From the IMG/VR virus record IMGVR_UViG_3300026302_000005, positions 96,001 to 160,000 of that record: a DNA stretch of 64,000 bases; one strand, given 5' to 3'. Positions within the stretch are counted from its first letter, which is position 1. Each line of letters opens with the position of its first letter. This document shows positions 37,962-47,900 of this stretch, one piece after another. The notes beneath the pieces were generated by a model. That model saw nothing but the letters and a program-made list of their open reading frames with translations. It was not told the origin of the DNA and did not search any database. The position numbers were made by a program, and so were the translations under genes. This stretch comes from a virus (lineage: Duplodnaviria > Heunggongvirae > Uroviricota > Caudoviricetes).

Positions 37962-39197
37962 ATGGCAAGACTATCTCTCAAATCCCTCCGCACGAATGTC
38001 AAGGCAGCGACACCCGGGGGCGGCAGCAACGAAGTGTGGAGTCCGATGGGCAACATGCAGGTTGGCCAGACTGCCAAAGTCCGATTCGTTCCCGGCATCG
38101 ACGAAATCTCCCAAGGCTTCTGGACCATTCAGAAGTCCATCAAGCCGACCTTTGTCAGCCCGGATGATGACTCCAAGCAGTGGTATTTCACCATCCCGTG
38201 CCTGGAGATGTATGAGGCTGCTGACAGCGGCGTCAAGTGCCCTGTTGCGAACGAGGTCCGCAAGCTGTTCGACGAAGCCAAAGCTTTGAAGGACTCCGGC
38301 ACCGACAAGGACGCAGCCGAAGCTCTGAACAGCATCGCGTTGAACCACTGGATCAAATATTCCTACCTGTTCCAGGGCTTCATGCTTGAAGGTGGCGTCG
38401 AGGGCTTTGACCCGAACGTCAACATCCCGATGCGACTGCCGAAGTCGATGTTCACCCTGATCAGCAACTCGGTGCTGTCGTCGGATTCCGGCTTCGACAC
38501 CCTGCCCACGGGTGAATACCAGATGGAGGATATCCAGGCCCTCATCGAAGGCACGATCCCCGAAGATATGTCGGAGGAGAAGTTTGCCGAACTGTTCCAG
38601 GGTCGGAACTACATCGTCCGGAAGACCAAGAAGGGCGAGCACAACAACTACGAAACCTCGTCCTGGGATATGAAGGAAACTTCGTTGACCGACGAACAGG
38701 TTGATCACCTGGCCAAAGAAGGCTTCATCGATCTTCGGAAGTTCTTGCCCAAGCGGCCTGCCGATGAACTGTATGAGGTCTACACCGACATGGTTCGTGT
38801 CAGCATCGCACACGCTCGTGGTGAGGGCGACGGACTGTGGAACCCCGAGTGGGAGGAATATGGGATCAAGCCGAACAAAGGCAAGGATTCCGAATCCGGT
38901 GACGACGATGAGCGTAAAGGCGGAAACAGCGGTGGCTCTTTGAAGTCCAGTCTGGCCAACCGTCTCAAGGGGGGAACCACAACCCCAGCCGCTTCTGGCC
39001 CTGATGGGGTTCGGAGCAAACTGATGGCGGCTCGTGGTGCTGCCAAGCAGGACAAGAGCCCAGAAGAAGCTCCGGCGACTTCGGAAGCTGCAAGCGAAAC
39101 GCCTGCACATCCTGCGGCAAAACCAACCGGCGATGGACAAATCATGTCGCTGGCTGAGCGGTTGAAAGCCAAGAAGGCGGCGCAAGCCTCGGCCTAA
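37962..39197 (+). CDS. Single-stranded DNA-binding protein (gp32-like)
   Basis: VRFVP, FW, IPCLEMY...CPV, G.N...KTKKG...NYETSSW. Confidence 0.85.
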   Translation: MARLSLKSLRTNVKAATPGGGSNEVWSPMGNMQVGQTAKVRFVPGIDEISQGFWTIQKSIKPTFVSPDDDSKQWYFTIPCLEMYEAADSGVKCPVANEVRKLFDEAKALKDSGTDKDAAEALNSIALNHWIKYSYLFQGFMLEGGVEGFDPNVNIPMRLPKSMFTLISNSVLSSDSGFDTLPTGEYQMEDIQALIEGTIPEDMSEEKFAELFQGRNYIVRKTKKGEHNNYETSSWDMKETSLTDEQVDHLAKEGFIDLRKFLPKRPADELYEVYTDMVRVSIAHARGEGDGLWNPEWEEYGIKPNKGKDSESGDDDERKGGNSGGSLKSSLANRLKGGTTTPAASGPDGVRSKLMAARGAAKQDKSPEEAPATSEAASETPAHPAAKPTGDGQIMSLAERLKAKKAAQASA

Positions 39198-39259
39198 CGC
39201 CATGGTGGGGGGGAGCGTAACTTCTCCCCCCGCTTTTCAAACCTCATTGGAGAGCCAAC

Positions 39260-40438
39260 ATGGCAAAAAAATCATCATACGCGGCTAGATTGGGCAAGGC
39301 TCTTTCTACCATCAACACCCCGACATTCCGTAGCGGCTTTTCCAAAGTCGATACATGGATCGGATTGAGCAATTATGCAATGAACCGTCGCTGGTCTGGG
39401 CGTTTTGATCGGGCCCTGCTGTTCGGTCGTAACTACGTCTTCTACGGCGAATCCGGATCGGGTAAATCCCTGATCGCAGCTATCGCCGCAGGCAATGCTC
39501 AGAAAGAACAAAACGCCTATGTGATCTGGGTTGACGTCGAACACGCAACAGACGACGATGCCGGTCAGCAGTGGCTCCGGAATGCCGGTGTAGACCTGGA
39601 CGAAGAGAAGTTCGCCTACGTCAGTGCGGCTACTCTGGAAGAGGTCAAGACCCTCATCGCCAAGACCACCGTGGATTACCGCGATCACATCAACGCCGGA
39701 GAGACTGATCTTCCACCGGTCATGATTGTGGTGGACTCGTGGGCCGCAACCATCACGGATTCCCAGTGGGAACGAACCGGTGGTAAGGATGCTGGTAAGC
39801 TCGTCGGCGATATGGGTCAGAAGGCCAAGCAGCTTGGTGATGTCATCCTGGCCACCACTCACCTGTGTGCGGGTATTCCCGTCATGGTGATCGGTGTGCA
39901 GCACATCATGGACAACCAGGATGGTCACGGACGCAAACACAAGACCACGGGCGGCAACAAGATGATCTACTACGCCAGCGGCTGTATGCTGCTGTCGAAG
40001 AAAGAGCTTCGTCTGGAAGACGTCGATTCATCTGACGTCAAGAGTCATTATGCAGAACTCGACAAGGGTATGCTTGCTGACGTGAAGAAGGCTGGTGGCG
40101 GTGAAAAGCGAGCCGTGGGTATCATCTCGACTATGGAGATGTTGAAGTCCCGCGTTAGCAAGCCGTTTGATCGGGTTGATATCCAGATTCCCTACATGAC
40201 CGGTCTGGACCCATACTCGGGCCTGTTCGAACTGCTTATGCAAGAGGGTGTGATCGTCAAGGGATCACCCGGTTGGTTCGAATACAAGACGGCAGAGGGC
40301 GTCGTGAAGTTCCAACGGAGCAAATTCAACGACCATGCCCACAAGCTGATGGAAGTTGCTGATTCCGATATTGGCGGAACTGAGGAGCTTGAGACTGTTC
40401 CGGAAACCACCGAAGAGGAAACCGTCACTGAGGGGTGA
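39260..40438 (+). CDS. uvsX: RecA-like recombinase UvsX
   Basis: Walker A GESGSGKS, VVDS, GDMGQKAK, GG....YYAS, KSR..KPF, IPY.TGLDPYSGL. Confidence 0.92.
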   Translation: MAKKSSYAARLGKALSTINTPTFRSGFSKVDTWIGLSNYAMNRRWSGRFDRALLFGRNYVFYGESGSGKSLIAAIAAGNAQKEQNAYVIWVDVEHATDDDAGQQWLRNAGVDLDEEKFAYVSAATLEEVKTLIAKTTVDYRDHINAGETDLPPVMIVVDSWAATITDSQWERTGGKDAGKLVGDMGQKAKQLGDVILATTHLCAGIPVMVIGVQHIMDNQDGHGRKHKTTGGNKMIYYASGCMLLSKKELRLEDVDSSDVKSHYAELDKGMLADVKKAGGGEKRAVGIISTMEMLKSRVSKPFDRVDIQIPYMTGLDPYSGLFELLMQEGVIVKGSPGWFEYKTAEGVVKFQRSKFNDHAHKLMEVADSDIGGTEELETVPETTEEETVTEG

Positions 40439-40518
40439 AATTCCCCTCACCGTGATCTACATTACCGGGGGTGGCGTGTAGCCATCCCCATTTTTGTCAA
40501 AGTGCAAAGGACGCTATC

Positions 40519-41148
40519 ATGACAACACCCAGTGCTACCGGAAAAGCTTCATCTCTCCTGGCGAAGATGCGAGAACGAAATGGCAAAAAGCCCGAGGATG
40601 CCGTGGAACCTCAGACATCTGCCGCAGGAACCGATTTCACGATCATTCGCTGGTTTGACCAAATCCGCGCCAACCCGACGGTCGAGATGGTTCAACAGGC
40701 CGGGGTCTACTATGATGCGGCTGTTCAGGACGGGGCCAAATACCTCGTCCCGGTCGGAAACCTCGAAACCCTGGTGACCCAACACCCAGGTCTCACCTTC
40801 TTCTACTCCGGCATCTTGGTGGATGTGCAGCAGGCCCGTCGATGGGTTGAAGAGCGGATCGAGCGTCTTGAATCCCAGAAGCATAACTACTACATGTATG
40901 ACGATGAGGCCAAGGCCAAATATGGAGTGTTGAAGACCACCGAATCTTCCAAGCTGGCCAAGGCCGATCCGGAAGTTGTCGCCCTTTCTGATGTGGTTCG
41001 ACTGTTGGCATTCCACGAGCACAACGTTGAACGACTGGTGGGGGCGTTGGACAATCTGAAATACTCCCTCAACAACGTCGTGACCATCCGTGAGCACAAG
41101 CTCGAAGAAGTATGGGTGGACCCGACCAAGGAAACGAACAACGCCTGA
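40519..41148 (+). CDS. uvsY: Recombination mediator UvsY-like
   Basis: Helical protein located between uvsX and uvsW, ending L.NVV..R...LEE. Confidence 0.7.
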   Translation: MTTPSATGKASSLLAKMRERNGKKPEDAVEPQTSAAGTDFTIIRWFDQIRANPTVEMVQQAGVYYDAAVQDGAKYLVPVGNLETLVTQHPGLTFFYSGILVDVQQARRWVEERIERLESQKHNYYMYDDEAKAKYGVLKTTESSKLAKADPEVVALSDVVRLLAFHEHNVERLVGALDNLKYSLNNVVTIREHKLEEVWVDPTKETNNA

Positions 41149-42587
41149 TGCCGACCGGAATTATCGAGATACAGGATGAGGTCAACGTTAAGCTCCTGGG
41201 CATCCCCCAGGGGCTTATGGCTAATGCCCAACAGGCATTGACCTATCATGTTCCCGGGTTCCATCAGATGCCAAAATACCGCATGGGATGGTGGGACGGA
41301 ACCATCTCCCTGCTGAGCCCCACTGGTAAGACCTATCTGAATCTCATCGACGCGGTTATGCCGATATTTGAGTCGGCTGGGTATGACTTCGTGATCGAAG
41401 ATCACCGGGCTGATTGGTCGAACGTTCTTGAACAAATCGTTATTCCAGATGAGAACCTGTTTGCCGAATATACCTGGAAGGATGGGACACCGATCATCCT
41501 CCGAGATTACCAGTTGGCGGCAATCAAAGCCGCACTGACAACCGGACAGGGATTGCTGGAGCTTGCAACCGGGGCCGGTAAAACCCTGATCTGTGCGGCT
41601 CTGGCAAAGGTATACTCACAGTTCGGTAAGGTTATCATCATTGTCCCGGACGTCGGTCTGGTTCTGCAAACCCAATCGCTGTTCAAACGGGTTGGACTTG
41701 ACGTTGGCATCTGGTATGCTGATGTGAAAGATGATCGGCAGATCACGATCAGCACCTGGCAGAGCCTTGAGCATGTCCCAGAGTTGTTTGCCGGGACTGT
41801 CTGTTGCATCGTAGACGAGGCACACAAGGCCAAGGCCAAGGTCATCAGTGAGATCATGGCTGGACCGGCATGCAACGTTCCGTTCCGCTTTGGATGCACC
41901 GGCACGGTGCCGAAGGAAGAGTTGTTCAAGAGCCAGATTGCTGGGACCATTGGGCGAGCGATCTTCGAGTTGAAGGCATGGGAGCTTCAAGACGCCGGGG
42001 TGTTGGCATCGTCCGACGTCTATCAGATATCGCTCAACGATAGGGGAAATCCCCAGTATGTCCGGGCCACGCCATTCGAGGATTGGAGTGATTATCTGAA
42101 CTGGATTTTCGTCAATCCCGAACGAATGCGGTTGATCGCCGACATCATAATCGATGCTGCCGAGAACTACGGAAACACACTGGTGCTGGTTCCGCATCGG
42201 GCCCATGGAAAATTGCTCCACTCGCTGATCCCAGGATCGGTGAGTCTGGATGGTAAGGACAAGGCCACATTCCGCAGAGATCAATACGAAGAGTTCAACG
42301 AACGTGATGGGGCGGTGTTGATTTGCACCGATGCAATCGCATCGACCGGTTTGGACATTCCACGAATCAACGTTCTGTGTTTCATTGAGCCCGGGAAGAA
42401 ATTTGAGAAGATCATCCAAACCGTTGGTCGTGGGTTGAGAAAAGCCGACGATAAGGATCATGTCAGAATCCTGGACATCCATGGAAATGCCGACATGGCA
42501 AAGAAGCATGCAGCCGCCAGGAAAAAGCTTTACCTTGAAGCAAAAATTCCCTGCTATACCGAGGACCTAAGCTATGCTGATACTTGA
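41148..42587 (+). CDS. uvsW: SF2 helicase UvsW
   Basis: LRDYQ, ATGAGKT, DEAH, GCTGT, STGLDIP, QTVGRGLR. Confidence 0.93.
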   Translation: MPTGIIEIQDEVNVKLLGIPQGLMANAQQALTYHVPGFHQMPKYRMGWWDGTISLLSPTGKTYLNLIDAVMPIFESAGYDFVIEDHRADWSNVLEQIVIPDENLFAEYTWKDGTPIILRDYQLAAIKAALTTGQGLLELATGAGKTLICAALAKVYSQFGKVIIIVPDVGLVLQTQSLFKRVGLDVGIWYADVKDDRQITISTWQSLEHVPELFAGTVCCIVDEAHKAKAKVISEIMAGPACNVPFRFGCTGTVPKEELFKSQIAGTIGRAIFELKAWELQDAGVLASSDVYQISLNDRGNPQYVRATPFEDWSDYLNWIFVNPERMRLIADIIIDAAENYGNTLVLVPHRAHGKLLHSLIPGSVSLDGKDKATFRRDQYEEFNERDGAVLICTDAIASTGLDIPRINVLCFIEPGKKFEKIIQTVGRGLRKADDKDHVRILDIHGNADMAKKHAAARKKLYLEAKIPCYTEDLSYADT

Positions 42588-43068
42588 CACTGACAACCAG
42601 GTTAGGGATACCGATCAACTGAGCGAATCCTGCTGGTATTCGGTTCTACGGTTCCGTGATTTGAAGAACCCCGATTTCTACTTCGAGGAACTGACCTACA
42701 TTGAAGAGTTCTCATCCCATACGATGAAGATCGAGGTTGGGGGATACCCACTGTTTGTTCCATTCCATTGGTCCGTGCTATGCTCGGATCGCGAATACAT
42801 TCAGACCATCCCGCTGTATGAGTTTGCTGGCAGACCATTCAATGCCTTCTGTATCAATCCGATTGATGGGTTCAGTCCATACTATCCAGAAATCCGCATC
42901 GTTGAGGTCTTCTCAAACTCGACATGGACGTGTCCCCCTATCCATGATAAGGACATGCTTGTTGTCCCCATCGGGCCGAACCCCAGTGGGGCCCACAAAG
43001 GTCCGTTGTGTGTGATTCTGAGTCCACACAAACTGGATGTAAATCGATCACTATCGGATATCATGTAG
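42574..43068 (+). CDS. Conserved hypothetical protein
   Basis: Overlapping operon gene with PDFYF..L..IEEF and AFCINP motifs. Confidence 0.7.
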   Translation: MLILDTDNQVRDTDQLSESCWYSVLRFRDLKNPDFYFEELTYIEEFSSHTMKIEVGGYPLFVPFHWSVLCSDREYIQTIPLYEFAGRPFNAFCINPIDGFSPYYPEIRIVEVFSNSTWTCPPIHDKDMLVVPIGPNPSGAHKGPLCVILSPHKLDVNRSLSDIM

Positions 43069-43548
43069 ATGGACATTCAGACTGCACTTCAATACCTGGA
43101 TCGTGGGGACATGCGTCTCTACGATGACGCCGGTCCTGATCAATCTGGGCTGGCCCGCGACCTGGCCTGGATCATCCCCCAGTGGATGACCGGTTCCACC
43201 AACAACACGGCACATCGTTTTCTGATCGAAGCTTTCGATGAACTGTGTAACCCGGGCTGGAACCAGTTGGCTGCGCATCCTGGGCTACGGGCCCGACTTC
43301 TTGCCAGTATTCGATCACCGGGAACCCGTCACAAATTCTACCCACCGGGCAAGAAGAAGCCTGTGCTTGGAAAGCTGTTTGAGGTGTTACAGGCCGAGTT
43401 GGAAGATATTCGACCGGAAGAGGTTGTATTGTGGTGCCAAAACGCTACATCTGATGAACTCAATGCTCTGATGGATCGGAGCGGGGTTCCCATGGATGAA
43501 CGAGGTGATGTGTGCAAGCTTTACGAAATCGCGAGAAGCCAGAGGTAA
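43069..43548 (+). CDS. Clamp loader small subunit-like (gp62) protein
   Basis: L..LD..D..YD, WII.QWM, HP.L...LL pattern; location in the replication block. Confidence 0.5.
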   Translation: MDIQTALQYLDRGDMRLYDDAGPDQSGLARDLAWIIPQWMTGSTNNTAHRFLIEAFDELCNPGWNQLAAHPGLRARLLASIRSPGTRHKFYPPGKKKPVLGKLFEVLQAELEDIRPEEVVLWCQNATSDELNALMDRSGVPMDERGDVCKLYEIARSQR

Positions 43549-44267
43549 AGACGTTGGAGCGGGTCAACCGGTGCCAATTCTGTGGTAAGACGTTTGTTCG
43601 AAAGAGTTGGGCATCCAGGCACACATGTGCGAAGAAACGCAAGTTCGAGCAGTCCGTCGATGTGACCATCCAATACGCATACCGGCTCTACACGTATTGG
43701 ATGCAGCGACAGAAGTTGACCAAGCGTGGGAAAGACCCGGACTTTGACAAATTCCTCAAGAGCCCGGTGAAGGGTGCGTTCTGTAAGCTGGTCGTGTTTT
43801 GTTCGAGTCAGGACATCCGATCTGCATATTCCTACATCGACTGGCTAATCGCCAGTAATCGGGCCGAACGGGATTGGTATGATGATTCGTCCATCGCGTT
43901 GAATGAATACCGAACCTTCACCAAAGAGAACGAAGACCCCTTGGAACAGGCTATGCTGACGTTGAAGCATATCGAGCGGTGGTTGCTGGAAGATGAGACC
44001 CGCACCCCACAGGACTTCTTCGACCGGTTGACCCCGGGTATGGTTCTGACCCTGGTTCGTCAGAAGAAGATTCTCCCGTGGCCGTTGTTCACGTATGATC
44101 CGATTGTGTCAAAATGGCTCGACCGTGGCTCCTACAACGCCGATGTGTTCTTCCGGATTGACAGCATCGTGAATTGTGAGTATTGGGCTGACAAGATCGC
44201 AGAGAGTCCGGATACTGCCGTGGCGGTCAAACGGATCATGGATCAAATATGGCAATACCAGACGTAG
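43512..44267 (+). CDS. Zn-finger-containing hypothetical protein
   Basis: CQFCGKTF...H.C N-terminal motif; start uncertain. Confidence 0.7.
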   Translation: MQALRNREKPEVKTLERVNRCQFCGKTFVRKSWASRHTCAKKRKFEQSVDVTIQYAYRLYTYWMQRQKLTKRGKDPDFDKFLKSPVKGAFCKLVVFCSSQDIRSAYSYIDWLIASNRAERDWYDDSSIALNEYRTFTKENEDPLEQAMLTLKHIERWLLEDETRTPQDFFDRLTPGMVLTLVRQKKILPWPLFTYDPIVSKWLDRGSYNADVFFRIDSIVNCEYWADKIAESPDTAVAVKRIMDQIWQYQT

Positions 44268-44884
44268 ACCTTGATGTGGGAGATAGAACCAGGGTTCTGG
44301 AGCTATTCCCCACTGCCATCCCAGCCTCTCAACTGGCCTCGGACGGATCGCGGCTGGTCAAGCACAACACCGGTGTCTATTTTCAGAATATACCGGTTGA
44401 TCCTCTATCCGGCATCGCAACATTCCCGTATGCCATGGCCGAGGAACTGTGCTACTACAAGGTGGACTTCATCCCCTATGGCATCTACGATGACATTCAG
44501 AACGAACAGCATCTGATAGACCTGATCGCGGTGGCCGAGAGTGATGGGTTTCCATGGGAGTGGTTTCAGGATGATCGCTTTTTCGACAACCCCGACGCTG
44601 GTCTGCGACTGACCCAGTTGGGATCACACTTCGATCTCTGTAAGATGTATCCCCCAGCTTCCGTTATGGACATTGCCATACTCATCGCGTTGATTCGGCC
44701 CCGGAAGAAATATCTGATCGGTGAGCCGTGGGATATCATCGAGAACGTCATTTGGCAAAAGCTTCCGGAAGAAGATACGGGCGATCCCAAGAACTACTTC
44801 TTCAAGAAGTCACACGCCGTGGCGTTTGCTCTGGCAGTGCTGGTGCATATGCAGCTATTGCAGACCAAGTTCCCGAAGAAATGA
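44249..44884 (+). CDS. Miniature DNA polymerase III alpha (DnaE) catalytic-core protein
   Basis: PDVDLD, KHNTGVYF, YKVDFI, ALIRP and FKKSHAVAF within 211 aa. Confidence 0.85.
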   Translation: MAIPDVDLDVGDRTRVLELFPTAIPASQLASDGSRLVKHNTGVYFQNIPVDPLSGIATFPYAMAEELCYYKVDFIPYGIYDDIQNEQHLIDLIAVAESDGFPWEWFQDDRFFDNPDAGLRLTQLGSHFDLCKMYPPASVMDIAILIALIRPRKKYLIGEPWDIIENVIWQKLPEEDTGDPKNYFFKKSHAVAFALAVLVHMQLLQTKFPKK

Positions 44885-44920
44885 ATATGGCCGCAGGGAC
44901 ATCCCTGCGGCCATATTGTT
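44884..44920. terminator. Hairpin terminator between convergent genes
   Basis: AATATGGCCGCAGGG-ACAT-CCCTGCGGCCATATT perfect 15-bp stem. Confidence 0.8.
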
Positions 44921-44941
44921 TGTGGATAGCGATCAGCCGGA

Positions 44942-47900
44942 TTAGGCCGACCGAACCATAACCTCGATCATCCCCTCGGCCTCACCGTCATACGACTGCA
45001 TGGCGATGGCTACGACCGCACCAGGCTCGATAGGAGCCCCTTCCAGGCTGGTGTCGCAACCAGCCAGGTGGGAGGTGCCCAGACGATCACCCTTGGCGAT
45101 CTTGCCCACCACACGGGCTGGAACACGTCCTGCCAGGGCGATGAACGGCCAGTCGGCTTTGTCTTCCCCATCGTTCATTCGAACAGCCGGGTTCATTGAG
45201 ACCAAACCGGCAACGGCATGATGACCTTTGCGAGTTGTCGTGGTGACTTCTTTGTCTCCCCCGATAACCAGGATGGTGCCTTCCGGATAGTCTGCATCAG
45301 CTTCATAGCGTTCTGCAAGGTCAGCGTAGAGAGCCGAGGTGGCTTCACCGAACATGGTGTTCCACCGCAGGGCGTTTGATCCCAAGTTCTGGACGTTGGT
45401 AACTGCCGGAAGAAGGTTACCAGCGTTCAGAGACATTTGGGCAACGCCAGCCGTAGACCATCCGAGGACGTTCGCCCCGGCCCGATACATCCCCATATCG
45501 GTGTCGCCGGTGAACGTAAAGGTGGGGGCTGCTGCTGTTCCCAGAGTGCTGCCCTCGATTTGGTTGTTACGCAATACTGCCATAGTTCGCAGTGTTCCAG
45601 CAACCCGAGTTTGGAACGCGATGTTGGTAGTATCCAACCCGGCAGTGGGATCGTCCACCGAATAGAGGACGCGAATCGCGTTTGCAACGTTCGTGCCTGC
45701 ACTATTTGGATACTCAAATTCATTGGTCGCGATGGTCCCGGCTGCAACCATGGCTGCACCTTCACGACGGTAACGATACAGATATGCTGCACTCTGGGAG
45801 AAGTTATACCAGGCTCCCGCAGAAATCTGTTGCTGACGGACACCACCCACTGCAACACCAATGGTGTTGGCAATGACTTCATACAATCCGGTGTCAGAAT
45901 CTCCAATGAACGAATACGAGGGTGCGGCAACTGTCCCGGGTGGAATCTGTATCTGATTTGGGAATATCAGAACCTGGTTTACGAACCCTCCTCCAGGCTC
46001 TTGTAGGGCGATTTCGATATGTGATGATGAAAGTCCAACGCCCGCCGTGGGGTCATCAACAGTCGTGAGAATTCGACTGGCAATCGTGCTATTTCCGGCT
46101 GAGTTCGGGAAGTAGGTATCAAACGTTCCCACACTCCCTGCCACCGTCATGTTAGCTCCGGTCCGTTGTGTAATAATTTGGGTAATGTTGTTCGGGCGGA
46201 TCACTGTGAATGCATCAGGTCTAGCCTGGGCGACAGCCCGTAGCGTTCCGGCATCCATTAGGTTGATATTCAATGCGCCCACTTCGGCAGCAGCAGTAAT
46301 TGTGCTCGATATGACATCTATCGCCCCGTATACAACGTTGTTACCAATTACTCGGAATTGACCAACGCTGTTGGTAGCTACAGGTGTGCCACGGGACACA
46401 TTTATGGTCGGGACGGCGGTCGTGCTAATGACGGTGGCTGTGTTAGCCTGAACGTTAAAGGCGCGAGCACCGTTTGCGGAAATATCAACGTTACCAGCAC
46501 CGGTCGTATACATACCCGTGTCAGTGTCGCCCGAGAAGGCATAGCTCGGGAGAGCAGCCGTTCCAAACGTATTTTGGATTACCGCAGCACCAGACATGAT
46601 CAGGTCCCCGGTCATGGTGTCTCCGGCCTTCAACACGAACGGGCCGGTTGCAGATACGTTGGTCAACACCTGCTGCCAGGAGCCGTTGGCATAGCCTTCG
46701 AACTGGTCCAACGTGCTGTTATACCGATACATGCCCTCTACCGGAGCGGTCGGGCGTTGTGCCGTGGTTCCCACGATCTGCTGAACTGCATCGGTTCCAG
46801 TAAAGACGACGGATGCTCCAGTTGCAGTCGAGATCAGCGTGAGCTTGTCGGATACAACTGTTCCGGCATCCACCAGTTGGAACTTCATGGAAGATCGTAG
46901 TGCTGCTGCCGTGCTCGATTGGATTTCCGATAGAATGCGGGTATACAGAACGTTGGCAGATGCAGAGTTGAGACCTTCCGAATCGAACACACTCAGCAAT
47001 CCACTGGCTACAGTGGTTCCTGTTCGACGAGCAGCGATTACTACTGCGTTATCGGGAGTAAACTTGAAGAGACCCCCGGCAAGCAACAACATGGAAAGAG
47101 AACCATTATTGCTATAACCGATTTGTCCAGCGCCTGGCAAATACATACCGGTGTCGGTGTCAGAAAGGAATGCCAGTGACGGGGCGGTGACGCTACCAGA
47201 TGTGATCTGAACCTGAGCATTGACCGTTCCGCCAGTAGCACGAAGAGCCTCCACAAATCCAAGAGCAGCACTGTCGATGATCATCGACATAGCAGTCTGT
47301 TCCAGACCCGCTGTGGAATCCACCACTTGTGTTCTCAGACGAGCACCGGTAGTATTGGTCCCGGCTGAGTTCGGATATTCAGTATCGTAGTAGCCAATAT
47401 CCGTCAGGGTTGCCGGAGCAATTGCAGTTCCAGTTCTCCGAAGGGAATGTTGGGGGGTGTTGTTCAGTCGTTCCGTTACACTTTGGATATCGGAGAAATA
47501 TCCGATACGGTTACCACCGGCAGCAAATCCAACAATGTTGGCTGCTGGACGATACATACCGGTATCCGTATCACCCGTGAAGGTGTAGCTCGGGAGTGCG
47601 GGAGTTCCTGATTGATGAGAAATGACGGCAGTGCCACTGATGGTGAGGTTACCAGTCATGGTATCGCCAGCTTTTTCAACCCAGATATCGTTGGTGCCAC
47701 CGGGGTTCAGTCCGAGGTTGACGATGGCCGAGGTCACGTTGGTCAGATCAGACAGGTTGTTGGCGGCAAGCAGGAAGCCGGTTCCGGTGGTGGACACCTG
47801 TTCCCACGATCCGTTTTCATAGCCTTCAAATTGACCCAACGTCGTGTTGTAGCGAAGCATCCCGTTGACGGGTGTAGCGGGGCGTTGTGCAGTCGTTCCA

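Noticed and set aside
37971-39203. 410-aa antisense ORF opposite the gp32-like gene (similar cases at 53401..54354, 41616..42509, 49919..50884 and 11516..12313)
   Set aside because: These are shadow ORFs expected from biased codon usage in GC-rich genes. They have no RBS or recognisable motifs, and the opposite strand encodes a clear protein.
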